From the sequence record OL615011: 64,000 nucleotides of DNA. One strand, given 5' to 3'. This DNA is from Shigella phage vB_SboS_Gloob. The notes under the pieces were generated by a model, which saw only the letters and a program-made list of their open reading frames with translations, did not search any database and had not been told where the DNA came from. The first letter of the stretch is position 1; every line of letters starts with the position of its first letter. The position numbers were made by a program, and so were the translations under genes. Of the stretch, positions 43,768 to 52,234 are shown piece by piece.

Positions 43768-44301
43768 TTACAGAGACTTATCAGAAATGGCCTGGAAGTA
43801 ACGCAGATCGACAGTGAACTGAGTATATGAGTCCATTGCAGACATATCCAGTTCCAGCTGGCCGAGGTTCTGAGGCCAACCCCCCTGCAGAGTCCAGGTC
43901 TTAGTGACGTTGTCGTTCGCATCCAGTAACTCCATGATCACGTCACGGAAATAATCATCTGGATTCGCCGCCGCACGGTTGCTGTTGCTTCCGTTAATGT
44001 ACTGCTGCCAAACTTCAAAGGCGTTGTAAGCAGAGTTGTTCACGACGTTGATGAACGTAATAGGAAGCGCTTCGAAGCGACGATCACCAGGGAATGGAAG
44101 TTCACGACCACCCCAAGGCACAAGGATCTCACCCAGCTGGCCAGTAGGAGTGTTGGTTGTTACTGCCAACAGAGACACGTCGCGAATGGTATCCGCGCCA
44201 GCTACGAATGCTGGGAAGTTGACGGTCACACGCCAGCGGTGCTGACGTTGTACGCCGCCCCCACGTGACATGGCCGCGCGAAATTCATTAACTGTAGCCA
44301 T
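43768..44301 (-). CDS. 19: tail tube protein (T4 gp19-like)
   Basis: C-terminal GGWPQNLGQLELD ... FTVDLRY matches T4 gp19 GLWPTNVGELQLD ... FEVTLALDY. Confidence 0.85.
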   Translation of the reverse strand: MATVNEFRAAMSRGGGVQRQHRWRVTVNFPAFVAGADTIRDVSLLAVTTNTPTGQLGEILVPWGGRELPFPGDRRFEALPITFINVVNNSAYNAFEVWQQYINGSNSNRAAANPDDYFRDVIMELLDANDNVTKTWTLQGGWPQNLGQLELDMSAMDSYTQFTVDLRYFQAISDKSL

Positions 44302-44355
44302 TATAGATTCTCCAAAAAGAGTTACACAATTCTAATTAGTGCCTTCAATGAAATT

Positions 44356-44371
44356 GCCCTCCGAAGAGGGC
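44356..44371 (-). terminator. hairpin terminator downstream of the sheath gene
   Basis: gccctccgaagagggc stem-loop; the same sequence recurs at 57146..57163. Confidence 0.5.
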
Positions 44372-44379
44372 ATGTTCCA

Positions 44380-46275
44380 TCAGGAAGCGGCTACGATGCC
44401 ACCGCCAGTTTCGATCTCGCTGAACTCCATGTCCGGACGTACTGCAGCAAAGTCCAGATACACCCAGTTGATGGAGTATTCTGGTTTCAGCCAGATACCC
44501 GCAACCATCTGGTTCGCAGCGATGATGTCGGCGGTGTTGTTGTCGGCGTCGCACTTCACCTGACCATCGTAGATCGCACCCATGTTGGCCAGCTGGCGGA
44601 TATACGGGCGTACAGCGTTGCTGAACAGGCTACGAGTGAATTCATCGTTGTTCTCACCAAGGTAGTATTTGGCGATTGCAGCGATGTTCTGCTCGGCCAT
44701 GATGAACAGGCCGCGAACGTTGATGCGGTCAAACGCAGACGGGCGAGTCAGACCAGTCTTGTCGCCGTACAACACGATGCCTTCGTTGGAGAAGGTGACG
44801 ATGCTGTTGATCTGGTTGCGATACAGCACAGCACGCTCATCAGAAGACGCAGACCACGCCATGCGGTTATAGTTGTTGTATTTGCCACGGTTGTGGAACG
44901 CAGGGGATTTGTAGATGCCCGCGATCTCAATGCTGCGTGCCCAAACACCCGCCGTACCACCACAAGCAGGGATCCAGCGCATCTTGTCGTTGTACTTGTC
45001 GTACACATACGCCCAGTTGTCGTCCATGAAGAAGTAGGAAGAGTCACGTACCAGGCTTTCACGCCAGGCCACAACATCTTCCATCTCACGACCACGGTTG
45101 CCGACCACAACGTCACGCAGAGGAGACACGAAGGACACAGTGTCTTTGCGCTCGGTGGAGAGATCAATCAGCGTCTGTTGCTCAATGAGTTCTTCGCAGA
45201 ATGCAAACACAGGCTTGGCGTCATACGCTTCGGCATTGTTCAGGGCTTCAATGGCCGCCACACGGTTGCCAGTGTAATCGTCTACACCACCTTCGAGTTC
45301 AGTGACGCCAGCAGCCAGGGTAGTGGCGAAGGTGTACACCCAATTTGAGGTGTCGTTGATCACGTCTTTGAAGTACGCATTGGAGCCATCGGATTTCTTA
45401 GAACCCTGAGTGGCCTGCATCAGTTCATATTTTTCGATAATAGAACCGGAAGCACCAACAGTGGTGGTCACTGCAGTCGCAGTCAGACCGTTCGCATCAG
45501 GAACGATAGCAGTCACAGCCTGAGGACCGATTGCTTTGTGAGTGACGGTGACGGTGTTGGACTTCACGACAACAGAAGAATACACGTCAGTCAGAGCCGT
45601 CAACGCAGTGCCGATTTTGGTCGCCAGGGTGGCCGGGGTGTCAGTATCAGTGTACGCCACGTCTTCGCCAGCAACAGAGATTGAGCCTGCACCAGTAGCC
45701 GTACCGGATACAGAGATACGATCAACCTGACCAACAGCGCCAGAAGAATCTGTGATGCGACCGACTTTGTCAACGATGACGATGTGGTATTCGCCAGCCT
45801 GTGGAGCATAGGCGAAGTTGTTACGGAATTCCCAAGTCGGGAATCCAGCAGCATCACACACGTTGATCGCAACGTCGTTACCCAGGGAGCCAGCATAGCG
45901 GCCTGTCCAGGTAATAGACGCAGATGGGGACGCGGTTTCGAAGTCCAGTTTGTTACGGATAAGGATTGCAGTCTGACCTTTGGTTACAGCGTTACGTGCC
46001 GCCGGACCGACCACACGGGTCACCCATGCAACAGAGCTGTAAGACAGGAAGTCAGCAATCACCAGGAAGTCGGTGGCAGTTGCATCGTTTGGCTTGAAGA
46101 ATTTCTTCACCAGACCAGTTTCACCACCAGTGACCAACACAGGGAGTTCTGCTTCACCCCATTGGAATTTACCGACGGTCGCACCCTGAACAACAACGGA
46201 TGGAGACGTCTGAAGCGTGGCATCACGCTCAGTCCACTGTACGGACGGCGCAACGCTGAAGCTTTGAGTTGCCAT
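44380..46275 (-). CDS. 18: tail sheath protein (T4 gp18-like)
   Basis: GKFQWGEA near the N-terminus and LYGDKTGLTRPSAFDRINVRGLF near the C-terminus match T4 gp18; ORF track 44380..46308, start moved to MATQSF. Confidence 0.92.
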   Translation of the reverse strand: MATQSFSVAPSVQWTERDATLQTSPSVVVQGATVGKFQWGEAELPVLVTGGETGLVKKFFKPNDATATDFLVIADFLSYSSVAWVTRVVGPAARNAVTKGQTAILIRNKLDFETASPSASITWTGRYAGSLGNDVAINVCDAAGFPTWEFRNNFAYAPQAGEYHIVIVDKVGRITDSSGAVGQVDRISVSGTATGAGSISVAGEDVAYTDTDTPATLATKIGTALTALTDVYSSVVVKSNTVTVTHKAIGPQAVTAIVPDANGLTATAVTTTVGASGSIIEKYELMQATQGSKKSDGSNAYFKDVINDTSNWVYTFATTLAAGVTELEGGVDDYTGNRVAAIEALNNAEAYDAKPVFAFCEELIEQQTLIDLSTERKDTVSFVSPLRDVVVGNRGREMEDVVAWRESLVRDSSYFFMDDNWAYVYDKYNDKMRWIPACGGTAGVWARSIEIAGIYKSPAFHNRGKYNNYNRMAWSASSDERAVLYRNQINSIVTFSNEGIVLYGDKTGLTRPSAFDRINVRGLFIMAEQNIAAIAKYYLGENNDEFTRSLFSNAVRPYIRQLANMGAIYDGQVKCDADNNTADIIAANQMVAGIWLKPEYSINWVYLDFAAVRPDMEFSEIETGGGIVAAS

Positions 46276-46315
46276 AATCTTATTCCTTCTCGGTAGAGTT
46301 TCGCTCAATTTGAAA

Positions 46316-46326
46316 GTTATTTAGTG
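46316..46326 (-). promoter_or_regulatory. late-promoter-like motif CACTAAATAAC upstream of the sheath gene
   Basis: Read on the minus strand between the terminase stop and the sheath start. Confidence 0.45.
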
Positions 46327-46327
46327 A

Positions 46328-48547
46328 TCACCGTCTCAGCCATTCTTCCATGGACATGCCAGAGCGTTCGTCATACACCTGAACTCCACCAAACCCTGGG
46401 ATACTCTCTATAGAGTGAGGATCTGGTGTTGAAAGCACACCCCCGAAAGGTAACATCTGAGATTCTTCCATCGCAGATAATCTTCCTCTCATGTCCACAG
46501 AGATACTTGAGTTTGTGAGATCACTAAACCATTCTTGTTTCACCGCCCATGCATAGAGCACGAGAGGCATCACACAGTCATCATGACAACCATCATCGGC
46601 TTCATACCTTGTCCCAGTCCATACGAATGTACTGAGTTCATCTATCGTGTCCTGGTCATCAACCACCAGCATCTCACGTTCGATAAGCGCCTTGAGGTTA
46701 GCACAACCATTCGAACGCACTTTCTTGTTCGTGTTGATGCCAGGCTCAGGGCGGCGACCACCAATTCGTTTGCCAGTACCCTTCGCATCTGTGGTAGTGA
46801 AGATGATCTCTGGGTATTCAATTTCCTGGTATAGAATTGTGATTACCTGGCCGCCCACGTCGTTGTTGGTTTCAACCAGCATCGGACACGTGCCATATTT
46901 CTCGCCCATGTCGGCGATAGTGTATGCATACATCATTGGAGGTATCGTGTTGTTCCGATACTTGGCCGCAATCTTGTGAGGATAGTCTGTGATGTCCAAG
47001 ATGGTAAGGACAGAGTAATCCCCCTCCACGCCTTTGCCTGTATCGGCGATACCCATGTAGATGCGCTTCGGATCGTAATCGTGATAGATCTTGGTGAACT
47101 CGTTCGGCTCCTGATAGAGTTTCGAGGTCATCTTGTCTAAGCACTTGGCCGGAATCAATGAACCGACGGAACCACGGAACTTGATACCGAATTCCTGATC
47201 GAAACGTGCATCGCCCAGCTTCGCCCTCTGTTTGGATTCCCAGTTCGGATCCTTGGTGTATGTTGGAACACGATACCAAGGCACCTCTGTGAGTTTGAAG
47301 TCGTTGTACTGAGGGTGTTCTGGGTTCGCCTTGGTGACGATGTCGTAGAACAACCCGCGCTGGCCTTTCGGCGTACTGGTCAAGATACAACGTGAAGTCT
47401 CTGCAGATGCAATCGCAGGGAATGTTGACTCCCAGAATTCAAAGTCATTTTCGATGAACGCCACTTCGTCCACATACAGGAGCGATACAGATCGACCACG
47501 GATAGAGTCAGAAGATGTCGCATAAGCATAGATCTTCGATCCGTTTTCGAACTCGATGAGCGTGGAGCCGAACTTCTCACAACCCTGCTGGAGGAAGAAT
47601 GGCAAATCCTGGTATGCCTTGCGGATACGGTCTAGGATTTCAATCGCCTGCTTCTCTTTGTTCGCCAGTACCGCGATCTCTTTGTCAGAGTGGAACATCG
47701 CATACCAGAGCAGGAACGCTGCTACGACTGTCGTGTTGTGGCTGAGGAAGCCGTTGGTGTAGTAGCGCTGATCACTAGATTTCACCTGTAGGTCATACAT
47801 GTGATGCATCTCACCAGTCTGCCATACCTCAACGACTTCTTCTAGACCTTCTTCGGTCATCAGCCGTGAACCAGCAACCAGATCTTTAGCAAACACTTCC
47901 TTCATGTTCTGATTGAAGAACATGTGATCATCGGCCACGTTGATACGACGACCACTGGAAGTGATGACAACGTACTCTTGGTACAGCTTGGTCTTGTGCG
48001 CGGCGATGACAGGCACCCAGCCTTTGTCACAGCGAACAAAATAACGCTTGCCGAAGCGGCTGTCTACGAACTTATCGTGTTTGCCAAAGGCATTCAGTGG
48101 CTCGGCGTGATTTGGTCCCTCGAAGCGGCTGTGAAGCTCCTCGATGGTGACTTTAAACTCTTCTTGGCTGAACGTATCGTAAACCTCGACGATGCTGTCA
48201 CCCTTCACACACTTGCCAGACTGACGCGCCTGGACTACGGCGTTGAAGCGGTGATCCTGGAAGTCATGGAACAGCTGCTTCTGATAATCATGCATATCGA
48301 AGAGGATGAAGCCCTTATCGATGGTCGTGATCTTGTAGTAGTTGGCGGCGAAGTAATGAGCGTCCATCGCGCACTCAACGAACTCCGATTCTTGATCGTC
48401 GGTCAACATCAACTCTACACGAGGAGCACGCACAGACGGCTTGCGCATGAACGTCTGGTCCATACGCAATCTGACATCATCAATCTTGAATCCCGTCTTT
48501 ATCGGGGCATATTCAATATCACGCTTCTGATACGCCATCGTCTTCAC
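46328..48547 (-). CDS. 17: terminase large subunit (T4 gp17-like), interrupted by a mini-intein in the Walker A P-loop
   Basis: Extein reads ARQSGK | TTVVAAF, matching T4 gp17 SRQLGKTTVVA; 739 aa including a 159-aa insert. Confidence 0.9.
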   Translation of the reverse strand: MKTMAYQKRDIEYAPIKTGFKIDDVRLRMDQTFMRKPSVRAPRVELMLTDDQESEFVECAMDAHYFAANYYKITTIDKGFILFDMHDYQKQLFHDFQDHRFNAVVQARQSGKCVKGDSIVEVYDTFSQEEFKVTIEELHSRFEGPNHAEPLNAFGKHDKFVDSRFGKRYFVRCDKGWVPVIAAHKTKLYQEYVVITSSGRRINVADDHMFFNQNMKEVFAKDLVAGSRLMTEEGLEEVVEVWQTGEMHHMYDLQVKSSDQRYYTNGFLSHNTTVVAAFLLWYAMFHSDKEIAVLANKEKQAIEILDRIRKAYQDLPFFLQQGCEKFGSTLIEFENGSKIYAYATSSDSIRGRSVSLLYVDEVAFIENDFEFWESTFPAIASAETSRCILTSTPKGQRGLFYDIVTKANPEHPQYNDFKLTEVPWYRVPTYTKDPNWESKQRAKLGDARFDQEFGIKFRGSVGSLIPAKCLDKMTSKLYQEPNEFTKIYHDYDPKRIYMGIADTGKGVEGDYSVLTILDITDYPHKIAAKYRNNTIPPMMYAYTIADMGEKYGTCPMLVETNNDVGGQVITILYQEIEYPEIIFTTTDAKGTGKRIGGRRPEPGINTNKKVRSNGCANLKALIEREMLVVDDQDTIDELSTFVWTGTRYEADDGCHDDCVMPLVLYAWAVKQEWFSDLTNSSISVDMRGRLSAMEESQMLPFGGVLSTPDPHSIESIPGFGGVQVYDERSGMSMEEWLRR
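47735..48211 (-). mobile_element. mini-intein (Hint domain, no homing-endonuclease domain) inside the terminase large subunit gene
   Basis: Begins with Cys (CVKGDSIVEV), ends ...MYDLQV...NGFLSHN, followed by Thr +1; 159 aa placed by codon arithmetic from the ORF start. Confidence 0.8.
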
Positions 48548-49226
48548 CTTCTTCCTTCGGCTCTGCCTGAACTTCGATTACATCTTCTTCGGGATCAGGT
48601 CCTTTGGACGCAGCTTTCGCTGCAGTACGTTCTTCAGCACGTTTACGGGCGTCTTCGATGGTCTTCAGTAGATCACGGGAAGACCTGGCCTGTTTGCCGA
48701 CGTTGACCGTGGTTGTACCATCAGGGGACGTGGTGACCTCGACAGTTGTTTCGTCCCCAGGAGGTGGCTCTTTGTCGCCTGTAACGGCCTTGATGGTCTT
48801 CTGGTTCTCCATCAGGTCTTTGTTCAGACCGCGCATGAGTTCGCCCAACTCTTTGAAGACTGTGAACGCGCGGGGTGCTTCAGTCGTCGTCGCGAGTTTG
48901 GCCGCCTGTCCCATCATGAACATCGTGGCTTCCTGCATGGCATAAGTCGTGTCACGGATGCGTTTGTAGTCGGTGGTGGCGTCCGTGTCTTCGAAGTCTG
49001 GAACCTTAGACTCCTTGGACTTCAGCTCTTCTGGGTCCAGAGAAGGAGGGAACACCACAGGCTCATACCCTGCAGGCTTTTCACCCAACCATTCGCCTGT
49101 ATCCGGATCATAATCTTTTCCAGCCACAGGCGAGGTCTTCTCCATGACTTCTTGAGCGACCTCATCCCGCGCTTGGATAGCACCGAGGGTGGACAATAGG
49201 CGTTCTGACATAGCACTCATAATCAA
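48519..49226 (-). CDS. 16: terminase small subunit (T4 gp16-like)
   Basis: DYKRIRDTTYAMQEATMFMMGQAAKL resembles T4 gp16 [22 protein letters not shown]; immediately upstream of the terminase large subunit. Confidence 0.7.
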   Translation of the reverse strand: MIMSAMSERLLSTLGAIQARDEVAQEVMEKTSPVAGKDYDPDTGEWLGEKPAGYEPVVFPPSLDPEELKSKESKVPDFEDTDATTDYKRIRDTTYAMQEATMFMMGQAAKLATTTEAPRAFTVFKELGELMRGLNKDLMENQKTIKAVTGDKEPPPGDETTVEVTTSPDGTTTVNVGKQARSSRDLLKTIEDARKRAEERTAAKAASKGPDPEEDVIEVQAEPKEEGEDDGVSEA

Positions 49227-49918
49227 TCTCCAGGATGATGTACACCGTCTTTGTCAACACGGAACCATTCTGGTAGTTCCGTCCACGGCGTTTTCAAATC
49301 ATTAGACATTTCGATAATTATCTCTTTGATCCCGTTAGGATCCCCGCCACCACCATTGTCCACCCAATAGTCGTACCCATAGATGAAGCCGCTCAGCTGG
49401 AACATGAAGGAGCAGTCGACGTGTGGTGAATCAGAAGCATCCCCTTCCCAGTTATCGGACATCTGGTGGTTAATCAGTTGGATCTTGATCTTCTGGTCTT
49501 GCTGTAGTGTATCGTTGTCCTTGATGCCACAGTCTAGAGAGGGGGTGAATACCGAATAAACCTGCTCTAGCACCTGTAACATCTCAACCAATTTCTTGGT
49601 TCGGATATTGTACTCAAAATCGATAATCAGGGGAATTCGCTGCTTCGCCCCGGCTGTTGGCGTCGATTGTCGATTGTGGTACGTCTTCGTCACCTGTTTG
49701 TTGATCTCAAACTGACCAAAAGAGAAGGTCGCAAATGGGAGCATGTTGGATGGCACGTTCCTGTTGAGGTCATTGCGTCTCCCGATGGCCATGTGTAATG
49801 GGACTTCCATAAGGCCACGCTCTGTGTTCACCTTCAGATCAGACATAATGGTGGCAAACAGATTGATGTATTTCATCAATGAATCATGGTAGAAGTAATT
49901 TTCAAATGGTCTGGCCAT
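49223..49918 (-). CDS. 15: tail sheath stabiliser / tail completion protein (T4 gp15-like)
   Basis: N-terminal YFYHDSLMKYINLFATIMSDL resembles T4 gp15; synteny. Confidence 0.75.
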   Translation of the reverse strand: MARPFENYFYHDSLMKYINLFATIMSDLKVNTERGLMEVPLHMAIGRRNDLNRNVPSNMLPFATFSFGQFEINKQVTKTYHNRQSTPTAGAKQRIPLIIDFEYNIRTKKLVEMLQVLEQVYSVFTPSLDCGIKDNDTLQQDQKIKIQLINHQMSDNWEGDASDSPHVDCSFMFQLSGFIYGYDYWVDNGGGGDPNGIKEIIIEMSNDLKTPWTELPEWFRVDKDGVHHPGD

Positions 49919-49920
49919 GA

Positions 49921-50571
49921 TTATTCTCCAAAGTCGATCTTCATCTTGTCTACTGCAAGCCCCTTCTCAAGCACATCCGCCAAAGCATTGTCGGTCTGCA
50001 GAGAAGAATCCTTGTACACGTCCGGTTCGTTCTCTTCGTCCAAGATGGACAGACGTTTGTCGATATCGTCGATCTCCGGAACGCCTGTATCGAAGTTTTC
50101 GTTGCCGTACTGGAACAACGTGCACGGCAGAGAGAACGTATACCATTTGCCAAATTGCATGAAGTCTTCATCGTTGTTTGGGTTGTTGACCTTGAAGATC
50201 TTGTTCGCCAGGGGCAGGTAGATCAGGTCACCTTCCTGAGGTTGTTGTTCAATCCCAACACCGTTGCCTATCACCTCAGCAAAGCGACGGCGCGAGATAG
50301 AGAACGTCACCTCATCCTGTAGATTAATACCCCCGAACTTCTCCCACATCTGGGTGTTGAAGCCCTGGTAATCCTGCATGTAAACTTCGATGTCGAACGC
50401 TTGGTCGAATCGATGGTTTGCATCGTTGGTAACTGGGAATTTTTCAACGATGGAACGTGGTATATACTTGACGTCTATCCCACGCAACTGAATCATTTCT
50501 TGCACCAAATCTTCAATCAGCTTCTGTGTGCCTTGGTGATTGGTGGCGTTGAAATATTTTGAAGTGGCCAT
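49921..50571 (-). CDS. 14: neck protein (T4 gp14-like)
   Basis: EMIQLRGIDVKYIPRS and EGDLIYLPLANKIFKVN match T4 gp14. Confidence 0.85.
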   Translation of the reverse strand: MATSKYFNATNHQGTQKLIEDLVQEMIQLRGIDVKYIPRSIVEKFPVTNDANHRFDQAFDIEVYMQDYQGFNTQMWEKFGGINLQDEVTFSISRRRFAEVIGNGVGIEQQPQEGDLIYLPLANKIFKVNNPNNDEDFMQFGKWYTFSLPCTLFQYGNENFDTGVPEIDDIDKRLSILDEENEPDVYKDSSLQTDNALADVLEKGLAVDKMKIDFGE

Positions 50572-50591
50572 ATCGATACCCTCAATTTTGA

Positions 50592-50603
50592 AGGTATTTA
50601 GTC
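50592..50603 (-). promoter_or_regulatory. late-promoter-like motif GACTAAATACCTT upstream of the gp14-like gene
   Basis: Read on the minus strand about 20 nt upstream of the ATG, followed by GAGGG. Confidence 0.45.
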
Positions 50604-50630
50604 GAAGTTTATTCTTTTGAGGAATAACTC

Positions 50631-50843
50631 ATGCAAGTGGAAGACATCAAAGAAGTTCGCAGCGGTCGTCGCGTCCGAATCATCTGTGTGGACGCCAAGA
50701 TTGGAGGCGGTGATTACGACATCGTCGGTCTGGTGAAGGAAGTGGATGGCACAGACTTCATTGAGTGGTGGAACTCCAACGACAAGACCGAAGACGGCCT
50801 GCTGCGTGGTAGTGGTAACGGAAACCTGGATTTGAAAATCTAA
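50631..50843 (+). CDS. hypothetical small protein (plus-strand)
   Basis: 70-aa ORF preceded by GAGGAA, in the gap between the gp13-like and gp14-like genes. Confidence 0.4.
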   Translation: MQVEDIKEVRSGRRVRIICVDAKIGGGDYDIVGLVKEVDGTDFIEWWNSNDKTEDGLLRGSGNGNLDLKI

Positions 50844-50870
50844 AAGAAGGGCGGGGGAACCCGCCTTTCC

Positions 50871-51623
50871 TTATCCCATAAAGAAGTCAATCGGGTACTG
50901 CTGACCAGTACGCAGTTCTTCCTCTAAACGCTCGATCTCGCTTTCGGCTTCACTGAACATAGTATCGCCATCCAGCTCGATACCACCTGGGAGACGGATG
51001 CCTCTTGCCTTCTTGAGTACTTCAGCCCAGCGGCGCTTGACCAACGCAGTTGCATACGCCTTCAGCCACATGTCATTCCATGCTTCTTCATTACCCTCTA
51101 CCTCTGGGTCGATGTTCTGGAAACATTTGAACGCCAAAGCCTCGTCCTTTGTCAGGGCGAATTGTGGGTAGAGTTTACGCTGGAATTTCTTGTACACGAA
51201 GGTGCGCTTCACGTTCAACACACTGGTGATGTCGGATAAACGCTGTTGCATTGAAACATAGTCGATCAAGCGGATGGAAACGAGGGCGGCCTTTGGCACC
51301 AACATGGCTTGGGCCATCTGCCATTGAGGAGTTGCCCAGTTACCGATCGATTCAATCGGAGGACCGACGATGACTTCAACCACGTCGTCGATGTCTTTGG
51401 GGAATTCGATGTAACCGTTGGCGATAGTTTCTTCAGTCACCTGGTGAACAAAGAATGCGTCCTGACTGCCATCACGATGATACTCCCAAAACTTCTGTAG
51501 AGCGTCATCGACAGCGTCGGATACCTGTGATGGGTCGAGGTTGATCTGAATTACGGGTGCCCCCAATTTCTTGAGGATGTAATTCATAAACCCCTTGCGG
51601 TCTCTGATAGAATTAACGGCCAT
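50871..51623 (-). CDS. 13: neck protein (T4 gp13-like, assigned mainly by synteny)
   Basis: Position upstream of gp14; ORF track 50871..51641, start moved to the ATG preceded by AAGGGGA. Confidence 0.5.
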   Translation of the reverse strand: MAVNSIRDRKGFMNYILKKLGAPVIQINLDPSQVSDAVDDALQKFWEYHRDGSQDAFFVHQVTEETIANGYIEFPKDIDDVVEVIVGPPIESIGNWATPQWQMAQAMLVPKAALVSIRLIDYVSMQQRLSDITSVLNVKRTFVYKKFQRKLYPQFALTKDEALAFKCFQNIDPEVEGNEEAWNDMWLKAYATALVKRRWAEVLKKARGIRLPGGIELDGDTMFSEAESEIERLEEELRTGQQYPIDFFMG

Positions 51624-51951
51624 TGACGTTCCCCTTACCACTCTGGAGGTCAGATACCGTAATCCGCAGAGTTCGCACGTCGTCGGACAGACTGCTGCTA
51701 TTGAGTTTTAATTCAGCAACGTTCTGCTTGACGTAGTTGACGTCTGTGTTTAATACAGCGATCTTCTCACTCATATCGTTGACTTTGACAAGGATCTGGT
51801 CAACCTTGTTGGAATCCCGCTCAACCACATCAAGACGGTTTTCGAACTTACCCATCATCCAAACAACCGAGCCAACAGAGACTATCGCCGCCGTCAGCAC
51901 CCCGGTGAGGATCGCTTTCACATCGATCACAGTGTTAGTTTGAGTTGTCAT
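51613..51951 (-). CDS. membrane-anchored coiled-coil protein
   Basis: N-terminal hydrophobic helix (ILTGVLTAAIVSVGSVVWMMG) then coiled coil; start at the ATG preceded by AGGAGG. Confidence 0.45.
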   Translation of the reverse strand: MTTQTNTVIDVKAILTGVLTAAIVSVGSVVWMMGKFENRLDVVERDSNKVDQILVKVNDMSEKIAVLNTDVNYVKQNVAELKLNSSSLSDDVRTLRITVSDLQSGKGNVNGR

Positions 51952-52183
51952 CTTGGCCTCCTGACGGGAGTTCAATCCCGAGGTGTTCCGCCATGAGTTG
52001 TACCGTCGCTGTCAGTTGATCGATTTGCGCTGCCTGCGCTGCAATAGTTCTGTCCTTTTCTTCCTGATTTCGACGGGCGTTCAGAGCCGCTAAACCAGCA
52101 GCACTGTCTGTGCAGATGATAGCCCCAGGGCAAGAGCTACTTCTCATCATCGATGCATGCCCCTGTACTTTTACACCACGCAT
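51935..52183 (-). CDS. hypothetical small protein
   Basis: 82-aa ORF. Confidence 0.35.
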   Translation of the reverse strand: MRGVKVQGHASMMRSSSCPGAIICTDSAAGLAALNARRNQEEKDRTIAAQAAQIDQLTATVQLMAEHLGIELPSGGQDDNSN

Positions 52184-52234
52184 GATAATATCCTCTGTTG
52201 ATGGGCGGGGTTTCCCCCGCCTTGGTATTACTAC

